Shown: piece after piece, positions 1-13,004 of the stretch
Numbering within the stretch: position 1 is the first letter of the stretch
Layout of the letters: each line of letters opens with the position of its first letter
From: Somniosus microcephalus
Taxonomy: Eukaryota
Direction of reading: 5' to 3'
DNA length: 64,000 nt
Assembly: GCA_052327205.1 (NCBI GenBank)
Contig: CM126208.1
Span: forward strand, 268,336,001-268,400,000
The notes under the pieces: generated by a model
Told to the model about the DNA's origin: nothing
What the model saw: the letters and a program-made list of their open reading frames with translations, nothing else
Database searches by the model: none
Program-made: the position numbers and the translations under genes

Positions 1-59
1 CTCGGAACCGTGACATGCGCGAGTCCCTTGACTAAACCTGCAAGCTCCATTGTAAGTTC

Positions 60-180
60 TCCCATGTTTCCCACATTACAACAGTGACTACACTCCAAAA
101 GTACTTCATTGGCTGTAAAGCACTTTGAGACGTCTGGTGGTCATGAAAGGTGCTATATAAATGTAAGTCTTTTTCTTTTT
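60..180 (+). mobile_element. DeuSINE (SacSINE1-like) 3' tail
   Basis: CATTACAACAGTGACTACAC...GGTGCTATATAAATG tail shared with other copies. Confidence 0.75.
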
Positions 181-379
181 TTCCTGTCCTTTAAGTGTAT
201 GATTAAGTTCTATTACATGTACTGTCAGCTTAATAAATCTGTGACACCTGATTTTCAAGGTAATGAGAACCTTATTGATTTGAGGGGTAAACTTATAAAT
301 AAGAACACATTCACTAACAATACAGTTCAATGTACAAAAATGTGAAATAAACCACTTTGGAAATAAAAACAGGGAAAGA

Positions 380-835
380 AAATTCACCTTGCATGGTAAA
401 ATTATAAATGGAGTAAAGGAGCAAAGGCGATGGCCCTGAAATTGTGATGTCTGGATGGCCTGTTTTTTATAGGAAGAATATAAAAGTGGATAAGCTGCAT
501 CATAAATTCAGTAGGATATTGGCATGGGTGAGGGATTACAGTAACTAAGAGAGACTTGAGAAATGAGGGCTTTTCTTTACTAGAGTTTAGAAGGTTAAGG
601 GGTGACCTGTTAAAGTCTTCATGCTAATGAAGATTTCGATAAAGAAAATAATGATAAATTGTTTCCACTGGATAGAGAGGTACTAACGAGGACACAAATA
701 AAATAATCACCAAAGAATTAAAAAGGACAGAAATATCTCTTCACACGGAGTTATTACGATATGGAATTCTCTGCCATTAACAAGTCTATAAATTCTTTTA
801 AAGGGGAATTGTATAATTGCTTGGAAAAATTGAAT
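380..835 (+). mobile_element. Old, decayed CR1 fragment
   Basis: Degenerate LEFRRLRGDL and WNSLP-type motifs. Confidence 0.6.
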
Positions 836-839
836 ATTA

Positions 840-1875
840 GTGGTTGGAGTAAACGGGTCTTTTTCCAAGTGGCATGCAGTAACTGGTGGGGTACCGCAAG
901 GATCGGTGCTAGGACCCCAGCTATTCACAATATATATTAATTATCTAGACGATGGAACTAGATGTAATATCTCCAAGTTTGCAGACAACACAAAGCTGGG
1001 TGGGCATGTGTGCTGTGAGGAGGATACTGAGAAACTCCAGTACAATTTGGACAGGTTGGGCGATTGGGTAGATGCAGTATAATGTGGATAAATGCGAGGT
1101 TATCCACTTTGGTGGCAAAAACAAGAAGGCAGATTATTATCTGAACGGCAATAGATTGGGAGAAGGGGAAGTGCAACGAGACCTGGGTGTCCTTGTGCAC
1201 CAGTTGCTGAAGGTAAGCATGCAGGTGCAGCAGGCGGTTAAGAAGGCAAATGGCATGTTGGCCTTCATAGCGAGAGGATTAGAGTACAGGAGCAAGGATG
1301 TCCTGCTACAGTTGTACAGGGCCTTGGTGAGACCACACCTTGAGTATTGTGTGCAGTTTTGGTCGCCTTATGTGAGGAAGGATGTTCTTGCCATGGAGGG
1401 AGTGCAGCGAAGATTCACCAGACTGATACCTGGGATGGCAGGAATGACATGAGGAGAGATTGGGTTGATTGGGCTTATACTCGCTGGAGTTTAGAAGAAT
1501 GAGAGGGGATCTCATTGAAACTTATAAAATTCTAACAGGACTAGATGCAGGAAGGATGTTTCCAATGGCAGGGGAGTCCAGAACCAGGGGTCACAGTCTA
1601 AGGATAAGGGGTAAGCCATTTAGGACAGAGATGAGGAATTTCTTCACCCAGAGAGTGGTGAACCTGTGGAATTCTCTACCACAGAAGGCAGTTGAGGCCA
1701 ATTCATTAAATATATTCAAGAAGGAGTTAGATATATTTCTTAAGGCTAAGGGGATCAAGGGATATGGGGAGAAGGCAGGGACAGGGTACTGAATTTGGAT
1801 GATCAGCCATGATCTCATTAAATGGCGGAGCAGGCTCGAGGGGCCGAATGGCCTACTCCTGCTCATATCTTCTGT
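840..1875 (+). mobile_element. CR1 LINE, 5'-truncated (RT C-terminal half + 3'UTR)
   Basis: [57 protein letters not shown]; GGGCCGAATGGCCT tail hairpin. Confidence 0.95.
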
Positions 1876-2144
1876 GTTACAATGAGCAAGGAGGAAGGTG
1901 AGATTAGACTTGATGACTCATGTCGACTGATGCAGGCTTAATGAGCTGGATGGCCTGTTTCTGTGCTGAAACATTCTAAAACTGAGCCCTTGTCTGCCTG
2001 TTCAAACATCTCGGCTAAAGGACAGCAATGACACGCTCCCTCAGTAACAGTGCAAGTAATGAGCTGGAAACCACCGCCCTCTGACTGAGGTGGGAGTCAA
2101 GCTGTCACTATGGTGATGGGGCAGGCTGAGGAAATAGCCTGTCA

Positions 2145-2285
2145 TAGAGTTATACAGCACGGATAGAGGCCCTTCGGCCCATCGTGTCCGTGCCGGCCAT
2201 CAAGCCCTGTCTAATCTAATCCCATATTCCAGCATTTGGTCCGTAGCCTTGTATGTTATGGCATTTCAAGTGCTCATCCAAATGC
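2145..2285 (-). mobile_element. CR1 3' tail
   Basis: Reverse complement of the CR1 tail at 57440-57588. Confidence 0.75.
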
Positions 2286-2714
2286 TGTCCCACCCAGATT
2301 GCATAGTTCAAGGGAATGTAAACCTGGCAGAAACGTCGGGCCCTAAAATCCAGCCCTCAACCGAGGTGCACCAGCATTGCACCCCAAAAACTATGAGGAC
2401 TTTCAACCCCATAGTGTTTAAAGAGGAGAAACTGGATGCCAGACAGAAAATGTGAGTTAGGAATGAGCGCAGAGAGATGAGTCTTGCGGAGGCTTTTAAA
2501 GCAGGAAGAGAGAAATGTGGGTTTGCAAGACAATTCCACAGGGGAGGGAAGAGATGTCTGAAAGGGCAATTTGCGACACGACACAACTTGTCTTTAATTA
2601 AAAGAATGAATGGATCTCGCCAGTGAAATTTTGAAGGGAAATCATGGGAAACCAGGAATAAAATGGCCAATGCAGGTGAGCTCACACTGAGATCCCATCA
2701 GGCGTGTCTTGCAT

Positions 2715-3035
2715 TCTAACGTAGAGAAGATGTTTGCACTTGTGGGGGAGACCAAAACTAGGGACTGTGAATATATGATAGTCACTAATAAATCCAGTAG
2801 GGAATTCGGGAGAAACTTTACCCGGAGAGTGGTTAGAATGTGGAACTTGCTACCACAAGGAGTGGTTGAAGTGAATAGCATAGATGGATTTAAGGGAAAG
2901 ATAGGTAAACACATGAGGGAGAAAGGAATAGAAAGATATGCTGATGGGGTGGGAGGAGGCTCGTGTGGAGTATAAACGTCGGCATGGAGCAGTTGGGCCG
3001 AGCGGCCTGTTTCTGTGCTGTAATGTAATTCCATG
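2715..3035 (+). mobile_element. CR1 3' fragment
   Basis: RNFTRRVVRMWNLLPQGVVE; GGGCCGAGCGGCCTGTTTCTGTGCTGTAA tail. Confidence 0.85.
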
Positions 3036-3377
3036 TAACACTGATGTATGAAACCCCATGGGGCGAGGTGCGGACACAGCAGTGATTGTGCAGTGAGCTC
3101 TGCAGCACGGTACGGTTCTCGAAAGGCAGTAAGAGCAGAGCAAAGTTTGTAACCAATACCAGCTGCAGACCCCATCACTGCCTCACTCTGTCCACAGTCA
3201 GCTGCAAGCTTTCAGCCAGAGACTGCCTGCTTAGGTCTCCCTGCCTATCTGACCGAACACAATGTAGGTTCCAGAGAGTGTGTAGCCCAGGACTGCTTCA
3301 AAGCACGTTGATCTCTCAGACCAACGATAAACTTTTATTTTTCCTTTGACCTGATCTTGACAACAGCAAATTTAATG

Positions 3378-4199
3378 GGGGTGATTTTCATTCAGAAGTC
3401 GGAAAGGAGGCGGGACTACAACTTTCAGGGTTGTAGTCCCGCCTCCATCGAGATGCAGCCAATCCACACGATTTTAACTTGATTGATCTTGTTGAGCCCG
3501 CCCAGTGGGCTCAGCAGGCCAATTAAGGGCCACCTGGCAACAGGTGACGTCACAGACTGAAATTTCATCTGTCAAGGCGTTTTGACAGATGAAATATCAG
3601 TGTTTCACAGCTGTTTGAAGTTGTCCAACACTGACAGTCTTACTTCTAACCTGAGACCTTCTACACAGACTCAGTTAGAAATCTCACCAGCACAGAAAGC
3701 TGCAGGCTGTCACTTTTGACAGTTCGCAGCCATTCTGCTTTCTGTGCCTGTTAGATGATGGACTCCCAAAACCTAGAGGAAGGAAGGTTTAAAAGGTAAG
3801 TACAGGTAATTTAAACTTCTTTACACACTTTAGACACACCAAACACACTTACCTTTGCACTCATGCACCCATCACTCACCTGAACACTGACATCTCGACC
3901 CCTCCAAGTCCTTCAACCCAACTCCTCTAACTTGGCGTAGTTTGGAGCCATCGGGAATCCCACACTTCAAGCTTTAAAATAGGGATTAGGCTAAAAACTG
4001 CCTGTTAACTACCTGTTAACAGGCAGTTAATTGGCACTAATCCCTTCCCGCCTCGGGTAGGCGGGTCCCAGTGTGGGGCAGGTACCCACCTCCTTTGAAA
4101 CTTACATGGGGGCGGGATGGTGTCGGGACCCCCGAATTCGGGACTTTAACCCCCCGCACGCCTCCAATCCCGACTCCACGGGTCAATGAAAATCGACCC
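3378..4199. mobile_element. Non-autonomous DNA transposon (MITE), GGG..CCC TIRs, copy 1
   Basis: TIRs GGGGTGATTTTCA / TGAAAATCGACCC, flanked by AATG on both sides; highly similar to 34079-34875; internal hairpins. Confidence 0.85.
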
Positions 4200-4511
4200 A
4201 ATGTATCAGCTGGATTTTCCCAGGTGCTCCCAATTTCCTGCCTTTTCGATAGAGAAAATGGGAGCCAAGGCAATTAAGTTAATTTTCTGGGCTAAGGTTT
4301 TTGCCAGAGAAAGCTCAGGGTGATTGTGGGGAGCTACCTGTAATGGACCTCATTCCGAGGGGACACTATCTCTCCAATAGATGAAGGCAAATTTATTTCT
4401 ACTAAGAGCCAATCCTGTCTGGGTAAAGTCCCTTGTAAGTCCAAACAAGGCTGCATCAAAATGAAAATGTGTAGTTTGTGGTTTGCACTGTGACTGCCAT
4501 AGAGCTTCCAC

Positions 4512-4955
4512 GGCCTCATTCTGGCTCAGTATGTAGCATTCTTGGCTCCGAGTCAGAAGGCTGTTGGTTCAAGATCCACTACAAAATTGAGGCTGACCCT
4601 TCAGTGCAGCACTGTCGGAGGTGCCATCTTTCAGATAAGACGTTAAACCGAGGCCCTTGTCTGCCCTCTCGGGTGGATGTAAACGATCCCATGGCCTCTA
4701 TTTGACAGAACAACAGAGGAGTTCTCCCTGGTTTCGTGGCCAACATTTATCCCTCAACCATCATCACTAAAACAAATGATCTGGTCATTATCACATTGCT
4801 GTTTGTGGGACCTCGCTGTGTGCAAATTGGCTGCGGCCGTTGCCTACATTACAACAGTAACTACACTTCAAAAGTGTTTCATTTGGCTGTAAAGTGCTTT
4901 GGGATGTCCTGAGGATGTGACAGCAGCTATATAAATGCAGGTTCTTACTTTCTTT
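4512..4955 (+). mobile_element. DeuSINE (SacSINE1-like), near full length
   Basis: tRNA-like head, Deu domain (GATAAGACGTTAAACCGAGGCCC...GATCCCATGGC...TTTATCCCTCAACC), L2-type tail. Confidence 0.85.
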
Positions 4956-5216
4956 AAATATTGTACTGTTAGCTGGGCTCTCTGAGGGAGGGACTCTATG
5001 TAGGGGAATTGCATGAAAGAATTGGCATTTTCCACGCACTTAAAGGCAAAGCCTCACCTCACAAAGTGCCAAATCTATTGGGCGTCTAGTCCGCTCATTT
5101 ATTGGAGCACCCACAGTATGAAGCAGCTTTGGGGGTTTAAGGCACTGCTCCATCAGAATTCCCACACGGGGAGCCGGCGATTAGCGCTGGCGGCTCGTCA
5201 GTCTCTGTAAATCAGG

Positions 5217-5379
5217 GTGTGGAGATGCCGGTGTTGGACTGGGGTGGACAAATGTAAGAAGTCGCACAACACCAGGTTATAGTCCAACAGCTTCACCTGA
5301 CGAAGGAGCAGCGCTCCGAAAGCTTGTGATTTCAAATAAAGCTGTTGGACTATAACCTGGTGTTGTGTGACTTCTTACA
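5217..5379 (+). mobile_element. Penelope-derived palindromic mini-element (family A) with hammerhead ribozyme
   Basis: 13-bp TSD TCTGTAAATCAGG at 5204-5216 and 5380-5392; ~42-bp inverted arms 5252-5293/5339-5380; central hammerhead motif. Confidence 0.85.
5293..5329 (+). ncRNA. Minimal type I hammerhead ribozyme
   Basis: UCAC-CUGACGA-A-GGAGC agc GCUCC-GAA-AGCU-U-GUGA: core boxes intact, stem I 4 bp, stem II 5 bp, palindromic AGCU at helix III. Confidence 0.8.
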
Positions 5380-6945
5380 TCTGTAAATCAGGCCCAAGCA
5401 TGAAAGTCGGTCGGGCTTCCCGCCAACGTCATCAGGCGGGTGAAGCAAATGCCCCTTCGAGCCCTGCACCGCCCCCACCCCACCAGCACCTGCCCGATCC
5501 ACGCCATGTATGAAAATCACCCCCAACATCTCATCCTCGAGGTTTATCAAGAGACACATTTGACTCTTTCATCCAACCGCCCTGTTTCTTTTCCGATTCA
5601 GTTAGGGAGATCATTCTAAGATGTATTAACTCCTTGTAGTCTGATTCAAAACTTACTCGTTTTTGAATTTTTGTGCTGTTCTGGTATCTTGCTGACGTCT
5701 CTATTATTTAACCTGGAAATAAATCGGACCAAGTAGCTTTAGCCTGTAGACATTGTTCTAACAGTGTGTTGTTTTCCTTCTTTAGGAAGGGAACGGGAGA
5801 ATGTGTTGGGCATCCCCAGTGATTGGGAGTTAATTGTTAACCCTGGGCACACTAACTCATAACACAGTCTGTATAAGGAGGCAATTGTCACTCCTGGGAA
5901 ACCCAGTCCGCTTATGGAGACTGTCGTACATCTGTGAATACAAGGTAAAGTATTGGGGGGGGGAAAAAACCCAAACTGTGTCAGAAGGATCACATTCGAG
6001 ATCACGAGATGGGCACAAAATGGTAACCTGTCTGTTCGCTCGCGGAACTTCCAAATTTTTATTAAAATGACAATAGTAACCGCTGCAATAGTTCAAGGTT
6101 TTTGAGACTGGGCACCATCTTAAAGCAGCAATGGAAAGAAACGAAATAACCCGCTCTGAAAGGGCTGGTCTGTTTTATTTTGTATCTCGACATGTCCAGG
6201 TCTGATTTATTTGGTTATCCTGTACACCCAAATCTGATTCATTTATTTGTACATTTCCCAGGTTTAGATTTTATTTATTATGTTTGTGTATGTGCCCAGT
6301 TGTGATTTTATTGCAGTATATGCTTATATATGCAACTGTGTCTTATTGAAACTTTACATCTTTGCTTGCACACACACACACCTATTGCATTGTGTCTCGC
6401 ACACTTTCACTGCACAAATTATTAATTCCTGCGTTGCTAAAATCAACAAGTTGTGTATGCGAAAGGGTGAAGTGAATTTGCAATCCTGAATGGAAAAATA
6501 TGTTTCTGGTGCAAGGCAACGAACACTATTTTCCCGGCTGAATCGGTGTTTACAATTTCAACAATAAATAAGATTTTAGTCAGAAGAATTGGGACCCTGT
6601 ATTTATTCCTAATCTCCTGACCTGATTTCTCCGTGTTCTCACAAAAGTCTTATTTAGGCAGCCTGACTGCAGCTATTCTTCGCGCTGTAACCGGCTGTTT
6701 AGTTGAGAAATGTGATTTGTTGCGTAGCTCGACATCCTGTAATTTGTAGCAGGCACACAGCCAGCGTCATGACCATTAGTCGGGACATTGAGGTGACGAC
6801 TCTCGGGCCAGACTTCGCTGAGTCTGCAGCTGCTCTGAAGCTGTCACCAGAGAGCTGGATGTGTAGGCAGCTTGTGAAAAGGCAGTTCGATGAGACTCCA
6901 ACTAATACTACAGCATCCGATGAAGCCAAGGGGTTGGTGGCAAGA

Positions 6946-6960
6946 GTGCACCTCTGGTGT
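6946..6960 (-). promoter_or_regulatory. Candidate CTCF site
   Basis: Reverse complement ACACCAGAGGTGCAC in non-repetitive DNA; motif match only. Confidence 0.25.
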
Positions 6961-8429
6961 TAAAAATAGCACGGTTCTTAACTAAATCCAGCTCCTCCAT
7001 ATTACTCAAGCTCCTACTTTTCAGTTATCCCAATGTTTTGGAGTGAAAAGGAAGCCTATAATTTTGAATGGCCGCAACTCCGAAATGACAGTCCATGTAA
7101 CACAAAAATTATGAAAGCCACTTACAAATATATATTTCTATTACAACAGTCCTGATTTTTCATTCACTACAAGATCACAAGATAATTACGGATGAGGAAA
7201 GCCATTCGGACCATCTTCACTCATTCCAAAACTTAAAGATGGGAGGCCAGGAGACCTGGGGTCTTTGTAAACTTTAACCATGAAAATTCCAACCCCTCTC
7301 TGCTGAGTTACACCCCAACTGAAGCACAAAGATAGCAGTAAAAAAAAACTAGCAGAATTTTAGTTTCATACAGTGAAAGAAATCTCACTGCACAAACCCC
7401 AGACGTGCAGTATAACTGTGGCATGTGTCAGGAGGCAGCCTTTGTCACCACTCACTCTAGTTAGCTTGGAGCACAGAGAAAGCTCATGAAATATTGACTG
7501 CCTTTAAAATAAATATCCTCCCTTCTACACTTATTATTTTAGTTAAATGCAAGAAATGAGTGATCGAAACTCTGAACAGGGCAGCACACTGGATCATTTA
7601 AATCTCTGCTTCAAGTTGAAATTGAACCCAGTGCTTACTCTCCTGGTGAACAGGGGAGTATTAACTGCTTGCTTTGAAAATACAAGGGTCTTTTAGTGAA
7701 AAGCCCATCAGACATATGTTTTCAGTTGAGATTATACATATTAAAGCAATGTGAAAAAGATCTTGCTTCAGTTAGTGTGAACTTAATACAAAGCAAATTT
7801 CTAACAAGATGAATTTTTCTTTTCCAAAGAGTCTACACAAAAACAATTCTGAAGAAAAATTTAGTCTATCCCGAAATTATTTGGTCAGTCAATACTTGGT
7901 GTTGCCAGCTTTGGCACTGAACATGGGGTGCAGCCTTCTGGGCACAGAGTCAGTCAGGGACTGGCAGGGGTACGATCCGATGCAGACCCTCATCTCTGGC
8001 CACAGTTACTGGAGGAATGTTAGCCTTCAGCCTTGAAGTACTGTGGTAACATCCCTCTCTACTGAGTGTAAATCTCCAGTCTGGGTGGCCCATTCCAAAT
8101 CACTGATTCATTGCTGCTTTAGGAAATCCTTCACAACTGCCCAAGTGTGTTTTAGGCTATTATTATTTGGAATCTTCCAAACCACCTATTTCCAGTTAGG
8201 ATCATGTGGTTCTAGCCCATGACACGCATCTACATGGACCTGTCTGTCTATAATATTTTCACAGAAATCAAACTGTCCAATTGCATGTAATCCTAGAAGA
8301 TGAGGGAATTGCCTCTGACTTTGGGGATGGTAACAGACACTGGTCTTATTCACACACTCATTGGACCAGAACGGGTCCTTTCTGAGTTCACCTGACCACA
8401 GGGTGGTTCACTTGGATTTTTTGGCAACA

Positions 8430-8540
8430 CAAGACATTTCTTCTGATGAAGGATTCCTTGAAACACTAATCCCTCTTTCCCTTTCAGGTACTGATTGACC
8501 TGCTGTGAATTTCCTGTTTCTATTTGAGTTCCAGCATTCT
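8430..8540 (+). mobile_element. Degenerate Penelope family B pLTR
   Basis: CTGATGAAGGATTCCTTGAAACACTAAT followed by a decayed family B arm (TGACCTGCTGTGAATTTCC...TTCCAGCATT). Confidence 0.5.
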
Positions 8541-9332
8541 TTACCTCCTTTCCTCACATTTCTTGTATTGACAACACAGATACTCCTCGTGCAGCCTCGG
8601 TACATTTTATCATTTTCCTGTAAACGTCTTACCAACCTGATGTGCTGACGCATCTGCTTCCTTCACCATATGGGCTACTTTTTTCTCTCTCCAGGAAGTC
8701 AAGAGCAACAAAAGATAAACAGCGGATCATTATCATGAACAGTACCACTCCCACCACCATCCCTCCCAAGGGTAAAGTGCTGAACAGCCAAAGGTGAGCC
8801 AGGGCGGGAAACTGGGGATCGGGTGAGGGGGGGGAAGAGAGGAATGTAACCACTTCCAGTCTGACGACCCTCCCCAAACTCTCTGTTCCTCTGACCTCCT
8901 CTTGTGCATTGCTCTCCCTTCGCCCCACCATTGGCGACCACATCTTCAGCTACTGAGGTCCCATTCTCTAGAATTACCTCCCGATCTTCCTTCGAGACCT
9001 ACCTCTTTGACCACACCCTTTGGTTATTCCTTCTAATTACTCCTTATTTTCCACATTCCTCTGTGAAGCACATTCGGATGTACTGCTATGTTAAAGATGC
9101 TGTATTAATGCAAGTTATTGTTGTTATAAGTCACCAGAAAATGGGTGCATGACTAAGTGTGGGTAATCATACCATGGAGGAGGAGACAGGGAGAATGTGG
9201 GGAGGTCATAGAATAGTCAGGGTGCCAACCACGGGGCAAGGAACTACTGCGCCTGATACGATTGCCTGAACCTTGCTGAGGAGCGATGTCTGATGAAGCT
9301 CAGCTTCAGGAAGGGAACAGTCACTGAGTTGT

Positions 9333-10481
9333 GGGGGCATTTTTACCTGGGGGGGAAAAAAAGGGTGGGTTTGGAGTGTTGGGGGGGGGGGTAGTTAAAT
9401 TGTTAAAAATCGGAATCCCGACCTCAACCCGCCCACTTCTGGTTTTAATGGAGGTGGGATGGGGGCAGGCAGCCAACCCGCTGCCAGGAGGCGGGACATC
9501 AATGTAAATATTACAATGAGACTGGAAGCCGCCTCTTTAACTACCATTTTGTGTTTAACTGTAGCTAGTCAGGTTTTGCACACATTGTAACATGCAGCAG
9601 TCACAGCAAGGCGAGGACTGCTACATCCAGGAGGTAATTGCCTTTACACTTACTTCCTGAATCCAAAGTCCCTGCCTAGCCCACCCCCCACAATTGAAGA
9701 CCGTCTCACGACTGTCCCACTTTACAGCCTTCCGGGCTCAATATAGAGTTCAACAATTTCAGATCATAACCTCGGCCCCTATTACATTTTTACTTATTTT
9801 TTATCCACACCTTTGTTTTGGTTTTTCCCTTCCCCCCCCCCTCCCCCCGCTTTCCTTTTTTTTCTCTCTCCCACATGGCAGCTGTCTCCCATTCTGCCAG
9901 CGCATTTCACACCTAACCTAGAGCCGTCTTTTGTCTCCACTAGTCCTATCGCCATCTTGTCTCATTTTGAATACCTCTTAATGTCTCTTCTTCTGTTTTG
10001 TTCTCTCCCAGCCTGGCCTCTTAATCTATTTCATTCCCTGTGCCTCTTTAGTCTTGATAAAGGGGTTTGACCCGAAACGTCAACTCTAATTTCTCTCCAC
10101 GGATGTTGCCTGGCCTGCTGAGTTTTTCCAGCATTTTCTGTTGTTACCTCCGATCTCCTTCCCGGACCTCCCTCCCCCGCTGATGATCTTGAGGCCAGCC
10201 ACAATCTTCCTCACCGCCCCGCCCACCCCCGGTCTCTCAACAGCCCCAATCTTTCTCACCAGCCCCCACCCGATCCCTCCTTCCCTCCTCTGTGTGGCCT
10301 TCCTGCCTGCAGCCAGCCAGCCTCTCCATCTGGCTGGCTGCGGATGGGAAACAGGCTTCAGATGCAAATCAGGCCCCGCCATTAAAGTCAGCAGGGCCTG
10401 CGGGAAACCCGTTCTCCCAGGTTTCCCACCCGCATCAGAGCTCCCTTGCCCCCAACCCGCCTTCCCCATGAAAATCCAACC
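9333..10481. mobile_element. Related GGG..CCC MITE, interrupted by a Penelope fragment
   Basis: Starts GGGGGCATTTTTA, ends TGAAAATCCAACCC; internal similarity to the same MITE group. Confidence 0.55.
9700..10145 (+). mobile_element. Penelope-like 3' fragment nested in a MITE
   Basis: TLQPSGLNIEFNNFRS* followed by a pyrimidine-rich pLTR and a degenerate hammerhead (CTTGATAAAGGGGTTTGACCCGAAACGTCAACT). Confidence 0.7.
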
Positions 10482-10499
10482 CGTATTGTCTGGTCCAAG

Positions 10500-11390
10500 A
10501 TATTTTTGCAAAGACAGTGAAGTGGAAGAACTGCTCTCAGTGGAGTGAAGGTCACCAGTGCTCTGAGGTAGGGAAGATGGGTTTTGAAGTAGAGAGAGAA
10601 GAGGAGTGGAGAGGTTTAGAGAGGGAGATCTGTATAGAGGCACTGAGGTAGCTGAAAACTGTCCTACCAATGGTGGAGGAGGGGGTGCACAGAAGATCAG
10701 TTGGAGGACAAAAGGTGTGGGGGAGGATATTGCAGAGACAAAGGAGTGATTTTGAAGTTAAGGATGATGTGGTGGGTGACTGGTGAAGATGGGATGTTGG
10801 ACAACACTCACCTATTATAGGTCAGGATATGGGCAACTGAGGTCTAGACAAGTTGAAGTCTATGGAAGGTAGAGGAGGGAAGACTAGTAACACGGATACT
10901 CTGGTAATTGATTCTACAGGTGACAAAAGTGCGGATTTGGATTTTAGTGGAGTTGGAGTGAGGTAGATGGAAGAGACCAATGTTGCAGGAAGTAAACAGT
11001 TCGGTGATGGATAAGATGTTGGGTCTGAATTAGATATTGATGAAGATACACTGGCTCTGATGGGACAGGCAGGAGTGGAACCACCTAAGAGCATGCCCAT
11101 GGAACTGGGCAACAGAGGAGAGATACTGGAGGGGAATGGCATCATCAACTACGTTAAACTCTACAGAGAGGTCGAGGAGGATAAGGATGGATAATGCACC
11201 ATGGTAGCAATCACAGAGGATGTCATCTGTAACTTTGGCCAGGTTGTTCTCTGTGCTGAGAGAATGGCAGAAACTGTACTTGGAAGAGATTAGAAAGAGG
11301 AGTTTGGGGAGAGGTGGGCATGGAGTTGAGATGATGATACATTCAATGAACTTTTGAGCAGGAAGGGTGGTTCAAGACGGGAAGGTAGTT
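10500..11390 (-). mobile_element. Decayed L2 LINE
   Basis: Minus-strand remnants (HSTENNLAKVTDDIL, LILLDLS, RLDLS) and pyrimidine-rich L2 3' end. Confidence 0.6.
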
Positions 11391-11399
11391 GGAAAGGAC

Positions 11400-12110
11400 A
11401 AAGTGGTCCAGCACCAACTTGAATATTGTCTATGGTTCTGGGCACTGAACCATAGGGAGGGGAGGGTCCAGGCCTTGGAAAGAGTAGAAAGGGCAATGAA
11501 GTTAGTAAATGTGATTCAACATCTGTGCTTTGAGAAAGTACAGGCACTAGGGATATCTACACTGGATATAGACAGCTTAGAGTTCAACTTCTCGCAGTAT
11601 TTAAGACTTTCAGGGGAAGTGATTAACTGGATTCCACAAAGATGTTCAACATTTATACAAGCTCTAGAACAAATTGACATCGATTCAGTTTAGGCAAGGA
11701 AAGATGAACAGAGTTGAGATAAAACTTATTCACACACAGGATGGTGAAAATGAAGATTAACCCACGTATGGAAGCGGAGGAAGTTCTACATTCAAGAAAG
11801 TGATCAATATTTTTTGACACAAGGGTGTGAGCGATAAAAATTGAGTATGAACTCCGTGACCTCTGGGATCAGCTGATGGATAGAGATGGTCTTTTCTGGT
11901 GTTCGTGGTTCTTAATGATATTGGGGCTGGTTTGGTTAAGTGGGTCTAGTGATGTGAAGGGGTGACCATGGACTCCCGGAGCTCGATCAGGAGGAAATTC
12001 CCAGAGGATTTTTGTTTGCCTGCACTGGCTGTTACCCGTTACTGGTGGTGTGCAAGGCTGCATGGTCTCATGGGTAGAGTGGGCCCTGATGACTTTTCTC
12101 TCACTCTTTT
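11400..12110 (+). mobile_element. Old CR1 fragments
   Basis: HQLEYCLWFWA..LERVER motif remnants. Confidence 0.55.
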
Positions 12111-12259
12111 TATATGTTGGCAGATTGGTGCAACTTGTTTCTGATGTCCCTCCTGGCCCTTTGTGTTGCTAACCCAGAGTTCAGATTCTCTCAGATTCAC
12201 TTCCAGGCAGCCTGACACTCTAGTGGGCTGAAAGGTCCATCTATTTATTTTTTTAAACA

Positions 12260-12369
12260 GGCCACCAATGAGAAGATTGTCCAATCCTTGTGGCCACTGC
12301 TTAAATCTTCTGTTTTCCTCCATGTGATTCAAGCAGTGGCCACAAGGATTGGACAATCTCCTCATGGCC
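12260..12369. repeat. Hairpin: 40-bp inverted repeat with 18-nt loop
   Basis: 12268-12307 vs 12326-12365, 2 mismatches. Confidence 0.9.
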
Positions 12370-13004
12370 CTGTTGTGCTAACCAGCACTGGGCAGCTGGT
12401 TGTTTGAGGAGTATTCGATGTACCATCGGGGTATTAATTTATTGGATTCATGCGCTGAGATTGTTGAAACCATGAAGCATGAAAACGCCACATGGAGTCC
12501 GGGGGACACCAGTCAATTGGATTGGTTGGTGCTAATCATTAACCCAACTGTGAATACTGCCCCATTTCCATGGAGACAAAAACTATATCAGGTGGGTGTT
12601 GGATATAGGCCTGTGTTCAGTGAGCTGTTTCTGGGTGATGAAGATTGGAGTAACTCCAGCCCTCTACACTGCTGGATGATGTCACCGCAGTGAGCCACTT
12701 CAGATCAACAGACTGAGTAAATCCTGAATCAAGTGTTATCAGAACAAAACATGACTTCGTGTAGAAGTAATGCAGCAGATAGATGCAGAGGCGAGTCCAT
12801 AATGTCATATTAAATATGCCCCTTGACTGTTTAGCTCGACTCAAATATTTTGTCAATAAGGTCACCCACCCATACCCTTTGCACAAAACAGTTTGCTCCG
12901 GATAATATCCATTGCTCAGTTACACATCTGTGTGGCAGATTCTTTCACAGTTCATCCAGGAAATACTTTAATATAACTCCAGAGTTAAATCACCACATAG
13001 CCCT

